Positions 1 to 13,462 of a DNA stretch of 64,000 bases are shown here, one piece after another. Both the position numbers and the translations under genes were made by a program. Each line of letters begins with the position of its first letter. Positions within the stretch are counted from its first letter, which is position 1. This stretch comes from Octopus sinensis (Eukaryota): positions 116,002,001-116,066,000 of the forward strand of contig NC_043002.1 in the NCBI RefSeq assembly GCF_006345805.1. The letters run 5' to 3'. The notes under the pieces are model-generated. The model worked only from the letters and a program-made list of their open reading frames with translations. It did no database searches and had not been told where the DNA came from.

Positions 1-63
1 TAGTGGGGTTTCAGTCGAGTGTATTGGCATTGATGTGGCAACATCTGAAATGTTGTCGGGTAT

Positions 64-136
64 ATGTTGGCTGATGAAGATAAATCAAGTATATGTGTGC
101 AGACATATCTTGAAAAATCTGAAACCGGTCCCACAT
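64..136 (+). ncRNA. Minimal type I hammerhead ribozyme motif (GUC cleavage triplet)
   Basis: Core CTGATGA 71-77. Stem II AGAT/ATCT + TCAAG/CTTGA + ATATGT/ACATAT (78-120). GAAA 121-124; palindromic ACCGGT stem III; GTC 128-130. Stem I TGG(68-70)/CCA(131-133) plus ATG/CAT. Confidence 0.8.
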
Positions 137-323
137 TATCCCTTTCTAGGTATTTCATCTTTCAGATGTTCTCTCTGGAGGTAAGACAAATTTTTTTCAA
201 GTTTGTTGCACACACGCATTTTTGCCAGTACATACGCAGTGAAGCTGTACATTAGCGTCGTATTTATTACGTTCGCTATTTTCCAGTAAATATCGGTACT
301 TTGTTATGCCATATATTTACTTC

Positions 324-792
<469 letters not shown>

Positions 793-1544
793 TATATATA
801 TATATATAAAATTAAAATTACATTTATGGTAAATTGTATAATTAATACTAAGATCAGTGTACATTATCATTAAAATGCATAATTTGTAGATAGTTCTTCT
901 TCCACACAAGAATAATTAGCTAAATAAAATGTATGATCAATGTATATTTTATCTCTTTCTGTTTATCAATGTTTTTGAAATTCTGGTTTATATGTTAAAA
1001 TAGTTATTAATGACCTATGAATTTGTTAGCATAACCATTATGAAAGTGCTAACAAAATGCATCATGTTAGCGAACATTGAAAGTTACTATAAATTTTTAT
1101 AATTGATATGAAGACCAATAAATTTGTTAGCATAAACGTTGTGAAAGTACTAACCAGATGCATCATATTTGAAACATGGAAAATTGCAAAAAATTTTATA
1201 ATTGATACGAAGACCAGTGTGTGTCATTGATAAAATTATCATACTCAATTTGGGTGCAGAACATGAACATTGCAAGCAGGTTTACCTCTTGGTGCATTCT
1301 TGGTGCAAGCAAGAAACATTTTGAATCAAAAGTAAGTTAGAAATTAATGAAGTCAAAGATGGAGCCTCACAATAAATTAAGATTCATTTTGTTATTTGAT
1401 AATAGAATTAGAAGGACAATTAAAACCACATCTATATGGAAATTCATCAATATTGGAATTTTAAAGATTTTTTCTGTTTATTCTGAACTTAAAAAAAAAC
1501 TTTAGTTAGTGAAAGTTACACAGGTATGTAATTATTATTTCTTA

Positions 1545-1829
1545 CAGTTCTATATTTAAGAGATGAGGAATTATTTACATTATTTACATTTGACGGATAT
1601 TTGTCCTCATCTTGTTTGTTGTTAACACAACGTTTCGGCTGATATACCCTCCAGCCTTCATCAGGTGTCTTGGGGAAATTTTGAACCTAGTTCTCATTCC
1701 TAAGGTATTTTCTGATGTTGTTGTTGTTGTTGTTGTTGTTGTTCAGGTCACTACCTGTGGGCATATGGTGTAGTGGTTAAGAGCGCAGGCTACTAACCCC
1801 GAAATTCCAAGTTCGATTCCAGACAGTGA

Positions 1830-1865
<36 letters not shown>

Positions 1866-1880
1866 TATCAAAACATACTT
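1545..1880. mobile_element. Head-to-head pair of a tRNA-headed, hammerhead-containing SINE-like element
   Basis: Minus-strand 3' body 1545-~1752 is joined to a plus-strand tRNA head (A-box 1766-1776, B-box GTTCGATTCC 1811-1820) and (AAT)n. Same family as 44899-45423. Confidence 0.75.
1625..1668 (-). ncRNA. Minimal type I hammerhead motif (GUU triplet, dimer-type palindromic stem III)
   Basis: Reverse complement reads ACAC CTGATGA A GGCTG gagggtatat CAGCC GAAAC GTT GTGT. Confidence 0.75.
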
Positions 1881-2893
1881 TGATTTGAATGTCAGATCTA
1901 ATTTCCTTAATTTAGTCAATAAATTCTTTCCTAGTAGCCATAAGTTCCACATAATTTCTAACAAATATAACCTCAAATTTAAAGAAAGTAGTTCCCTTAC
2001 TCACATGATTCCTCATCTCAGTGCAACTGTCTTAATAAGAATACATACCCTTCATATAGTAAATGCCTTCAGAAAAGTTTGTTACTGTGTCAGGATTTCC
2101 ACCAATATTAGTAGGGACATAAAATGCTTTGTTGGCTCTACCTAAAACTCATTTAAATCCAAATTTAGACATGCAAAAAAATCAGCAACAACACTTGAAA
2201 TATATTTGGAGTGTAAAAGACAAAAAGCACTCCAATTTCTTAGATGCTCCATTATCAAATCTTTTGCCTATATCAATGGCTGCAAGTGCCCCACTGCTTA
2301 TTTAAAAAAAATTCAATATCTTTGTTTCGTTTTTATATCTGGTTTGCAAGATTCTTTATGTGAATTCATGTGTTGAAAATGAGAAGGTTGCAAGAAGCAA
2401 CGAAAGAGTTTTGAAAAACAAAAACAAAACAATTGGATATTTAATGAGTGGAACAGAGTCAATGTGTGTGTTAATTATAATGGCATAATGACTCTCCCTA
2501 GACACAACAAAATCAATATCCTTGCATAACCTTTTAATGTATTAAATTCTAAATTAGTGTTGCTTCATTTATGTCCTCTCAAAAGGTAGCTTATTCTATA
2601 TTTTTTAAAACCAGTCACTGGATGACATTGTACATATTTTTACTAACTCTGGAGTCTGTCACAAATCTGTCTTTTAATCCTTTTCTTATATACATTTTCA
2701 TTTCGTTTCCTATGATTCTTTACCCTTAGACATTCCTCTACTCTACACACATGCTCTTAACACACTTCACCCTTATAAACTATTCACATTTACATTATAC
2801 AATCTTCATATACATTCTTTGTTTGTTTACTAAATGGATTATATGCCACCATTAAGATTTATGTGTTTTTATAAGTACCATGTGTTTATATAT

Positions 2894-3068
2894 ATCATCA
2901 TCATCATCATCGTTTAGCGTCCGCTTTCCATGCTAGCATGGGTTGGATGGGTCAACTGGGGTCTGTGAAGCTGGAAGGCTTCGTCAGGCCCAGTCAGATC
3001 TGGCAGTGTTTCTACGGCTGGATGCCCTTCCTAACGCCAACCACTCCGCGAGTGTAGTGGGTGTTTTT
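2894..3068 (-). mobile_element. RTE-type LINE 3' end fragment with (GAT)n tail
   Basis: Same 3' terminus (GGAAGGGCATCCAGC...CCATGCTAGCATGG...GATGATG) as the copy attached to RTE coding sequence at 29336-30021. Confidence 0.7.
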
Positions 3069-3429
3069 TACATATATATATATTAAGCTATGGTTGCAGA
3101 ACAAACAAATACAAGGTCATCCAAGTAGCATTTCATATCTTGAACACTTAATCACATAATGCTTTTCCTTTCACATAGAATATACATGTATAACATCACG
3201 GAAAAGGAAACACAACTCATCAGTATAAACATATAAGAAAATGCAAGAAAAATTGTGTGAATACAGTTTATCGCGGTTGAAAGTTAATACTTTTATATAT
3301 AGTATATTTGTCTCATTTAATTGAGCACTTCTATAGCAGTCCTATTAAACATTTTGTTCCTGATAAGAAACAATCACTGTATTATTGATATATATATATA
3401 CCTAATTTTTACACAAATCTCCTTTTATA

Positions 3430-4688
3430 TTGGGTTGGCCAAAAAATCCATTCATTCTTTTTAAGAGGAAATAGGATATAAGTTTTAAACACAAAGGGAT
3501 TTATTCAGTCAATGATATAATTACCGTTTCGTTCCATTATCATCTGCCGTCTTGTGAGCAGATCCATTATTCTCTGCTCAAAGACTTGTCTTTACTGGCG
3601 AAAAACACTTCCTGGTGAATTATTTCATCCTCTTCAGAGTTGAAGGTCTGTTCATTCAATAGATTTTAAAGAAACCAAAACAGGTGAAAATCTGAAGGTG
3701 CACGTTCAGGTGAATATGAGAGGTGTAGCAAAACTTCCCAATCAAGCCTTAGTAACTTCTGTTGTGTCTGCAAAGAAGTGTTTGGTATAGCATTGTTGTG
3801 ATGAAAGATAGTACCCTTATGATCAGCAAGTGCTGGATGCTTGTGGTGGATCATTGCATTTAACTTGTCCAGCTGGACACAGTGCACATTTGAAATGATG
3901 GACCTGTTTGGGGGAAGAAGCCCGTAAAAGACAACACCCTTGCCATCCCACCAAATTGAAAGCATAACCTTCTTCAGATGAAGTCCTGCTTTGGAGCTTG
4001 TGTTGGTTCACCACACATCCTTTATGATCGTTTGTACTTCACATTTTTATAGATGATTCATTCTTCATCCCCTATCACCATTCTCCTCAAAAAAGGATTG
4101 TTTTCTTCGCATTTTTGCAATAAATCACAGATGGACAACTGTCGGGCAAGGTTAGCCACATTCACTTGTTGTGGGACTTAAACTGATGTAACCAAGTTGA
4201 TGCTGATGATTTTCAATGATCAGTTTGGATATTTGGTGAATAACAGTGATCATTCTAGTCATATAACAGAGATTGGTATTGGCTAATTCCTATATTCTGT
4301 CTCTGTTAATCTCAGTTGGCCAGCCAGAGCAAGCACCAAATAATTTTCTAATCAAAATTTTGAAAACCACATCTGGCACACAAATTCCAAAACAGCATCC
4401 TCTCTGTACATAGCACATATCTTCTTGAAGGTTTCCACCACTTTCTTGCATATTTTAAAATCAAAAAGCACATGGTGTCAATAATGTTCATTTTGGTTCT
4501 CAATTTTTAGGTTGATCCCAGGCACACAAAATACAACTTGTCTCATAGAAAGTTTGTATTGAACTACATTAAAGTATCAAGTATCTAATGCGTGTACATG
4601 TGCAAGAGACAGACTAAAGTTAGTTACTTATTAGAGTGCCTGGAGTTTAGTGTCAACAAAGACCAAACAGACTTTTTGGCCAACCCAA
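3430..4688 (-). mobile_element. Mariner transposon, full length, decayed
   Basis: TIRs TTGGGTTGGCCAAAAA / TTTTTGGCCAACCCAA, TA on both sides. ORF 3666-3965 has MLSIWWD, FHHNNA and YSPERAPSDFHLF (DD34D mariner motifs). Confidence 0.9.
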
Positions 4689-5829
4689 TATAAATTGCTT
4701 TTTAACTATCACATCTAATTACACACACACACACACACACACATGATTATCACAGTGCTTGTGTGCATTCACCTGTTTAACAGATAATGCAATCTACTCT
4801 ACTGATCTGCTATTAAAGCCCTATGGATGTAAACCCACTTTAAAATTTTTTAATGTTGTATTATATATTATTTTTTTATTTTAATATTTTTTCATATCTT
4901 TAAATTGTTCTAATTTATCTGATTTCATATTGTATAATGTAATACATCAGCAATGTTCAATATGTTCAGATTTGCACAAACTTGGTTTATATAGAATATC
5001 TGAATATGTGAATTTTTATATTTATGTTTGTTCTATAAGTACAGTATATTTGGAGTTTCTATAAATAAGTACAGGAGCTGGAAAATGATAAAAAGTGGTG
5101 ATGAGGTGTCAGAGTGAACTTTCAGGGTACATGGTTGATAGGAATGAGTGGTGCAGAGGTGTTGGGAGGAGTAGGGTAGCAGGGGTTGTTTGATCATGCA
5201 CAAAAGCAGAAGAGAAATGCCAAATGAAGTGCCTTGGACAAGGACAAAATGCCTGGTCCAGGACTTGAGCCCATGACCTTATGTCATGAGATAAAGACTC
5301 TAACTCCCTAAGCCATGTGCCTCTCCATCAAAAATGAATAAAGGTACAATAAATACCATACAAGAAAAATTTGTGATTTATTGAAATGACCTTTGCTTCA
5401 AGAGATGATAAAAAAAAATTCCTGGTGGTAATTGAATCAATTCTGAATGAAAAGGGGCCATTAACGAAAATTCTTCATTTTCTGATTATCTGAATACAAG
5501 ATGCAAACTACATACATGTGTTTCTGCCTCAGCAGTCATCATCAGCACAGCAAACCCTACTCTTTCTCCAGCAGGCAAAGAACTTAGACATATACAGAAA
5601 GGGAAGAGAACATTTATGGCTTGAGTAATTTGCATAATTTAAAAGAAAATGAGTTAAGGGAAATAATTCAGAGCAGCCATTGGCATGAATTTCAGTATCA
5701 AAAATGAATACATACAAAATAAATTCCTGCTGACAACTGTGACCAACATGAAATGAGGGTGATAATCAAGAATTCTCAGTTATTCATATGCCAGTAAGAA
5801 AAAGACTGTCTGATTGTGTATGTATATAT

Positions 5830-5935
5830 ATTTCTTCACTGCCCACAAGGGGCTAAACATAGAAGGGACAAACAAGGACAGTCAAAGCGATTAAGCCGAT
5901 TACATCAACCCCAGTGCAAAACTGGTACTTTATTT
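5830..5935 (-). mobile_element. SINE family D 3' fragment
   Basis: Reverse complement matches the body of 39935-40135 (AAGTACCAG...CTGGGGT.GATGTA.TCG.CTTAA). Confidence 0.6.
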
Positions 5936-5989
5936 ATATATGTGTATGTATATGTTTTCCTATGTATGAAATACATTTTCTTCAGTGTT

Positions 5990-6570
5990 TTTCTGCCTGT
6001 GCCCAATTGGACAACCTTCCCTTGTTTTTTTACCCTTCTTTTATAACTTTATCCAGACCTTATACTTGCTACATAACCTCCAGACTTTTCGCCAGTGTTA
6101 TCATTTTACTAAATTTTTGTATATTTTTTTCATTATCTACTCAGCTTTATTTTATCAGTGTTTTTTTCTTAAATATCACATTCGTCTTTCCTTCCCCTTC
6201 ACTTCACTCACTTCTGCCACATCCTCCTCCTATGAACCATTCCTCACACCCTCACTATTCCACATCACTACACATTCCAAGAAACCACATACACCCTATA
6301 CCACCAGAAGCACACACGTTTTGCCCTATGCCCATCTTTATAAACAGTACCTGCACACACCACCACACCTCCTCATCAAACTGCATTCCCCCTTGGCACC
6401 AAAACCCACACTTTTTCCAACCACATTTTCTCATTCTTTATTTTTCTGATGAAGGACTAGCACCCAAAACGTTAAGACACTTTCCCTTCTTTTCAAGCAC
6501 TAAACTAATACATTTGTTAAAAGGTGTCCCTCCTGTGTTGTCTTGTTTTATTTTTGCGCTCATTGCCTAA
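5990..6570 (+). mobile_element. Probable Penelope-like terminal region with decayed hammerhead
   Basis: C-rich body ending in TTTT CTGATGA AGG..CCC AAAAC GTT AAGA (6442-6477). G12 is mutated. Confidence 0.35.
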
Positions 6571-6930
6571 TATATATGTATATGTAAAGAAAGAACACAA
6601 ACGGGTTAAGGTTCACTACAGCTGTTTCAGATGCATTTTTTGTTGATGAATAAAGTGATTACATCATTAAAAAAATCGTTTTCTTTCAATGAATTAAAAA
6701 TGAAAACTTATAAATTTGGTTTAGAAAAAATATCAAGATGTGGAATTTGTGTCGACCCTCTCATTTTGACAACAAATACTTCTGAGTGAATGTAGACTGA
6801 GGTATAACCAGATTTTATATATGTATGGGTCAAAGCTTAAGAGGAATATGCGGATCTCGACCCTAACTTAGTGTCCATATTATTAAAATACATTGATTCA
6901 GCTGAATCCTACAAATAATTATATATATGA

Positions 6931-7043
<113 letters not shown>

Positions 7044-7049
7044 CATGCA

Positions 7050-7350
7050 TGAAGGCACATGGCTTAGTGGTTAGGGTGTTGCATTCATGATTGTGAGATC
7101 GTGGGTTTGATTTCCAGACCGGGCATTGCATTGTGTTCTTGAGCAAAGGACTTCATTTCACATTGCTCTGTGATCATTTTGACATCTGACATGTGGCATC
7201 TGTTGCACCTGTACAGGTAATGTCGATCTGATGGAGGGAGTGAACTTTTGTCTAAGCAAACATTTGATCACAATAAACGAATCATTTGTGTGGTTGTTCA
7301 GTAAGAAATTGTCGAACCCTCATACGTCATCTAATGATCTGAGAGTCCAT
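7050..7350 (+). mobile_element. tRNA-derived SINE
   Basis: TGGCTTAGTGG A-box and GGTTTGATTTCC B-box-like; head shared with the copies at 20897-21140 and 28283-28527. Confidence 0.7.
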
Positions 7351-7356
7351 TCATCA

Positions 7357-7700
7357 TCTATATACTTAAACTGAGAATGTGTGTCTGTCTGTGTGAATCC
7401 CTAAAACCTGAGAACTACACAGCCAATTTCATTCCAATTTTACACATGCCTTACTTAGGGTCCATGTAGTGTCATGGGCAAAAAGATTTCTAACTTCTTG
7501 CCTAGGGCGAGCCCACAGCAATATCATATCTTCTCCACTATTTCAGTATTACGTGTTAAAAGTGAAGCAAAAACATCTCTCTATTGTAATGTCACATGCT
7601 TTCACTTTAATAGTGAAAATATTAAAATCAAACTATTATATAAGAGGGATGAACCATTAGCAGTGGACATCCATTTTGCTAGGAGAACATCCGCTATGGT
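7357..7700 (+). mobile_element. Non-autonomous Helitron-like 5' portion
   Basis: A|TC start TCTATATACTTAAA followed by (TGTC)-like repeats. No 3' CTRR end found. Confidence 0.35.
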
Positions 7701-8042
7701 CTTATATGCTACACCACTGGTTTTCAATTCATATTAAATTAATATTCAATTTCTCACCCTTATTATTTTAAATTTAAATTTAAACCCAGGACCATGTGTT
7801 TTGAAACAAAGTTTGTTACCACACAGTCACAGCTGCACCTATGTATGTGTGTGTGTGTGTGTATGTGTGTATAGCTGTATATGTATACATTTATTTCTAT
7901 ACATATAGATGTATATGTAGACATATATATGTGTAGATGTATATATATATAGATGTACATGTAATATGTACACATATATATTCACATATATACATGCATA
8001 CATATATACACCCATACACCTATACACACACACATATACAAA

Positions 8043-8202
8043 GGTGCAGGTGTGGCTGTGTGGTAACAAACTTCCAAAACACATGGTCCTGGGTTCAGTC
8101 CCACTGTGTGGTGACTTGGCATGTGTCTTCTGCTATAGCCTCCCACCAACCAAAGCCTTGTCAGTGGATTTTGTAGACAGAAACTGAAAGAAATGAATCG
8201 TA
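8043..8202 (+). mobile_element. SINE family B 5' half, interrupted
   Basis: Matches the 5' half of 25597-26060. The 3' half resumes at ~10005. Confidence 0.65.
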
Positions 8203-9996
8203 TGGGACGTAGTCAGTCCTGTGCATACCTTCCTTCTTGTGACACTTATGAAGACCTGTTGAGGCAAGTGAAAATCAAATCAAATCAAAACAAATCAAAA
8301 TAGATGAACATCAGTGGAATTGTATTCTTTGTGGTACCAGTGCCGGTGGCACACAAGAAAACCACCCAAACGTGGCCGTAACCAGTACCGCATCGACTGG
8401 CCTCCGTGCTGTGGGCACACAAACACCATCCGATCGTGGCCGTTCGCCAGCCTCATCTGGCACCTGTCCGGTGGCACATAAACACCATCCGAAGACCCGG
8501 CGACGTAGTCAGTCCACCTGTGCATACCTTCCCTCTTATGACACTTGTGAAGACCTGTTGAGGCAAGTGTGTGACACTTGTGAAGACCTGTTGAGGCAAG
8601 TGAAAATCAAAAATCAAACCAAATCAAAATAGATGAATATCAATGGAATTTGTATCTTTGTGGTTCCAGTACCGGTGGCACACAAGAAAACCATCCGAAG
8701 TGGCCGTAGCTGGTACCGCATCGACTGGCCTCCGTGCTGTGGGCACAACAAACACCATCTGATCGTGGCCGTTCGCCAGCCTCACCTGGCACCTGTGTCG
8801 GTGGCACATAAAAACACCATCCAAAGACCCGGCGACGTAGTCGTCCACCTGTGCATACCTTCCCTCTTATGACACTTGTGAAGACCTGTTGAGGCAGAGG
8901 CAAGTGTGTGACACTTTGTGAAGACCTGTTGAGGCAGAGGCAAGTGTGTGACACTTGTGGAGACCTGTTGAGGCAAGTGTGTGACACGCGTGACACTTGT
9001 GAAGACCTGTTGAGGCAAGTGAAAATCAAACCAAATCAAAATAGATGAACATCAATGGAATTTGTATCTTTGTGGTTCCAGTACCGGTGGCACACAAGGA
9101 CACGCGTGACACTTGTGAAGACCTGTTGAGGCAAGTGAAAATCAAAATCAAACCAAATCAAAATAGATGAACATCAATGGAATTTGTATCTTTGTGGTTC
9201 CAGTACCGGTGGCACACAAGAAAACCATCCGATCGTGGCCGTTCGCCAGCCATCTGGCACCTGTGTCGGTGGCACATAAAGACACCATCCGAAGACCCGG
9301 CGACGTAGACAGTCCACCTGTGCATACCTTCCTTCTTGTGACACTTGTGAAGACCTGTTGAGGCAAGTGACACTTGTGAAGACCTGTTGAGGCAAGTGAA
9401 AATCAAATCAAATCAAAACAAATCAAAATAGATGAGCATAAATGGAATTTGTATCTTTGTGGTACCAGTGCCGGTGGCACACAAGAAAATCATCCGAACG
9501 TGGCCGTAGCCAGTACCGCATAGACTGGCCTCCGTGCTTTGGGGACGTAACAAACACCATCCGATCGTGGCCGTCCGCCAGCCTCATCTGGCACCTGTGT
9601 CGGTGGCACATAAAAACACCATCCGAGCGTGGCCGTCTGCCAGCCTCGTCTGGCACCTGCCAGCCTCATCTGGCACCTGTGTCGGTGGCACATAAAAACA
9701 CCATCCGAGCGTGGCCGTCTGCCAGCCTCGTCTGGCACCTGTGTCGGTGGCACATAAAAACACCATCCGAGCGTGGCCGTTCGCCAGCCTCGTCTGGCAC
9801 CTGTGTCGGTGGCACATAAAATCACCCACTACACTCTCGGAGTGGTTGGCGTTAGGAAGGGCATCCAGCTGTAGAAACACTGCCAGATCTGACTGGCCTG
9901 GTGCAGCCTTCGGGCTCCCCAGACCCCAGTTGAACCGTCCAACCCATGCTAGCATGGAAAACGGACGCTAAATGATGATGATGATGATGATGATGA
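8203..9996 (+). repeat. Complex tandem amplification of an RTE-type 3' UTR
   Basis: Anchor AAAATAGATGA recurs at ~8298, 8627, 9039, 9162 and 9426. A ~30-bp subunit GACACTTGTGAAGACCTGTTGAGGCAAGTG occurs ~10 times. The array ends in the RTE terminus plus (GAT)n. Confidence 0.75.
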
Positions 9997-10176
9997 TATG
10001 TAAATCTATGTGTGTGTCTTTGTGTTTCTCCTTCATCACTGCTTCACAACTTACTGGTTTCACAAGAAGAAACTGATAGAATAAGTACCAGGCTTATCAA
10101 AATAAAAACCCCCACATATTTTTGTTTGCCCACACAGTTTATCTTTGTGTGTGTGTGTGTGTGTGTGTGTACATAT

Positions 10177-10239
<63 letters not shown>

Positions 10240-10599
10240 CATACATGGATTTCGTAGACAGAAACTTAAAGAAATCAATCGTATATATTTAAGTGTTTGT
10301 GTGTGACTTTGTTTCTGTGTTTCACTCTCATCACTGCTTCACAACTGCTGTTCGTTTATTTACATCCCCATAACTTACTGGTTTCAAATGAAGAAACTAA
10401 TAGAATAAGTACCAGGCTTATCAAAATAAAAAAAGCACTACACTGTGTTTCATATTTTTGTTTGCCCACTCAGTTGTATCTATCAATTTATCTTTGTGTG
10501 TGTGTGTGTATGTATATATATATATATATATATATGTATATAATACACACACACACATATATATATATATACATGTATGTATATGTGTACATTCATATT

Positions 10600-12902
10600 T
10601 ATTATATCAAAGACAATGTCTTTATGTGTTCGTGTATTACTTATACATTCGAAAACTGCTGCACCAATCATAATGAAATTTGGAACACAGAATCCAAGCC
10701 TAGGGAGAAGGGTAATGCTGTGTGTTTCATACAATTTCATGGACCAAAATTACTGAATGGATCCTTATGATATTTGAAACTTAGATTCAATGCATAAGGG
10801 CGGGTATAATGCAATATGTTTGGTTTGAATTTCAGATGGCTTAAAGGAGGCAGAACCCCCCATGAAAATTCATAAATTTTTGATGTTGATGAAATTTCAA
10901 CCATGGGTAATTGACACACATCAAGAAGTATTCTAAAAGTTTCCACTTCACATGAGGATTCTAAGACACCCTAATGGGGACCTTAACTCCCAAATTTTAG
11001 TAATTTCTTTTATGATCCAAAACTAAGTCAAAAGTACTGAATGGATCTTTACGAAATTTGGAAATTATATTCTATGCATAATGGCCACAACCCCCATGAC
11101 AATTCCTATATTTTTGCTGTTGATGAAATTTTAACCATAGATATTAGATACAAATGAAGTAATATTTATAAAATTTCATCTTCTTACAAGTTAGAAAGAC
11201 CCCTTCAGGGGGACTTAACACCAACAATTTTGTCATTTTATCTAAGCAAAGACGAATAGTTGTACTCTTGGAAGCAGTGGGGGGTCATCTGAGCATAGAA
11301 GATGAGCATTATTTGTAATTCAATGGTACAACAGTGTAAGAGTTTGCTTTGACATACACTTAGATTGTGATTTCTGCAATGTGCTGCATAAATTGTCAAG
11401 TAAATGAGGCATCTTTGCCTCCACTGATTCAGTTGCAAAGTGTTGAGTAAAGTTATTTGATTGCAGACCTCCTTTCAGTCTTTTTATTATCACTGGGTCA
11501 CACATACTCCCCACATGGTAACATTGATTTCAAGGCCTTCCCAGATGAGTGACTGGTTATTCAAATACATTTATAGATTGTATATTTATTCTGTCCAGTT
11601 ACGTATCAGTATAGTGGTCATTTGCAAACTCCAACTTTCATTTCTCCTTAGCCCTCACGTCACACAGTTGTTAATGTTTATTTCAGTTGGGTCACGCCCT
11701 TCCAATTGCTATAGATTCGTAATGCATCTTATGGCTGTGCCTGTCACCTGCATGGTGAGGAATCCTACATTGGGAGTGGTAACAACTAGGGTACTGTAGC
11801 TGACTGCTTATTGTGATCATTTGTCTTTTGGTTTCCTGTAGCTTTGCTCTCTTTTACAAACCCAGTGAACACATATTTCCTATTTCAAAGAAATTCAAAC
11901 AATAGATATAAGACCCAAGTGGTCCTATGAAGGACACTTGTCCTAAGCCACTTAGACTATTGCTCTCAGCTATGGTCACCATCCAGTGTCAAATTAATCA
12001 CAGAACTTGAGGTGATCCAACGAAGCTACACAAAGAAGATTGCCTCTGTGCAGCATATAAGCTATTGGGAAAGACTCAAGAGATTGAGACTCTATTCCTT
12101 AGAGCATAGGCAAGAAAGATATGCCATAATATACATCTGGAAGATCCTAGAAGGACTTGTCCCAAACTTCGGCATCGAGAGTTACACAAATACCCGAACT
12201 GGGTGCCACTGCATAGTGCCAAAGACTCCAAATTTGCCATCAAGATGTAGGACAAGATACTGTGATAGCCTGGGCTTCAGAGGCCCACAGCTCTTCAATA
12301 TCCTCCCGAAGAACCTGAGAGACCTGCATGGGGTGGACGCAGATGTCTTTAAAATAAAACTGGATCTCTTCCAGTCAGGTGTCCCAGATGAACCAACTTC
12401 ACGGCAGGAGGTGCAGATGAGGGCAGCTGCATCGAACTCTCTCATGCACCAAATGGCAATTACTAAACAACATTCGTGAAGTAAAATCATGTAGCAACAC
12501 TGAATGGCGGTGCCCCAGCATGGCCACAGCTCGTGAGCTGAAACTAGATAAAATATTAAAAAAAAATCTATAAAAAATATAATTCAACTTCTCAGGTTGA
12601 CATTAAGATGTCCACCCCCAATAGGGGCGTTAACTCTCACATTTTAGAGCTCCATGACCTCCATTTTTCAGGAGCAAAATCCTTTTAACAAGTTCTATAA
12701 GACTGGAATTTTGGAATATGCGCATAAAAATCAGTAGTATGGGATACATGTGGCATGATTACAATTTTTTTACGGTGTGTAAAGAGGGAAATAACCCTCA
12801 TCTGCAATTTTGATGAAATTCGAAACACAGGTATTTCATTACAGAAAATATAACAGAAAAGTCTAATTCTTCAATTGTATGTAACGCAGGCAACTCTGCT
12901 AG
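10600..12902 (+). mobile_element. Helitron-like non-autonomous element with nested insertions
   Basis: Internal ~200 bp direct repeats with GATGAAATTT motifs (10740-11160, 12800-12825). 3' end ...GCAGGCAACTCTG CTAG|T at 12899-12903. Confidence 0.4.
11994..12555 (+). mobile_element. L2/CR1-group LINE, 5'-truncated 3' end
   Basis: ORF 12012-12479 (YWERLKRLRLYSLE..ERY, GPQLFNILP, FK.KLD, SNSL) is typical of the post-RT C-terminus. Short 3' UTR with stem-loop 12527-12540. Confidence 0.8.
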
Positions 12903-12930
12903 TATATATATATATATATTATATATATAT

Positions 12931-12978
<48 letters not shown>

Positions 12979-13031
12979 GTTTAAATATTTGTTGTGCAAG
13001 AATTCTTATGTGAAGTCGTGTGTTGAAACAG

Positions 13032-13462
13032 ATATTGTTATATTTCGGAATGGTCATATTGCCAGTTTAGCCAATAAAAACACACGCACTATATATTTGG
13101 TGTTATTTTGCTTCAGTGATATTTATTTTTTACATTAATCTTAATCTTATTTCGGCCAAAGTTCTTTCGTCACACTCCTGTGACCGCATCAGTGGTCCTT
13201 TGTTTTCTTCTCACTTATTTGTGTCTCTCCTTACTAACCGTCTTACAAAATGGCTGACGGTTAGTAAGGAGAGACACAAATAAGTGAGAAGAAAACAAAG
13301 GACCACTGATGCGGTCACAGGAGTGTGACGAAAGAACTTTGGCCGAAATAAGATTAAGATTAATGTAAAAAATAAATATCACTGAAGCAAAATAACACCA
13401 AATATATAGTGCGTGTGTTTTTATTGGCTAAACTGGCAATATGACCATTCCGAAATATAACA

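Noticed and set aside
1021-1218. ~101-bp two-copy tandem duplication
   Set aside because: Diverged and AT-rich, with no further structure; ordinary local duplication.
6600-6670. GAAAC-AGCT-GTA-GTG half-hammerhead on the minus strand
   Set aside because: The CUGANGA half is not found.
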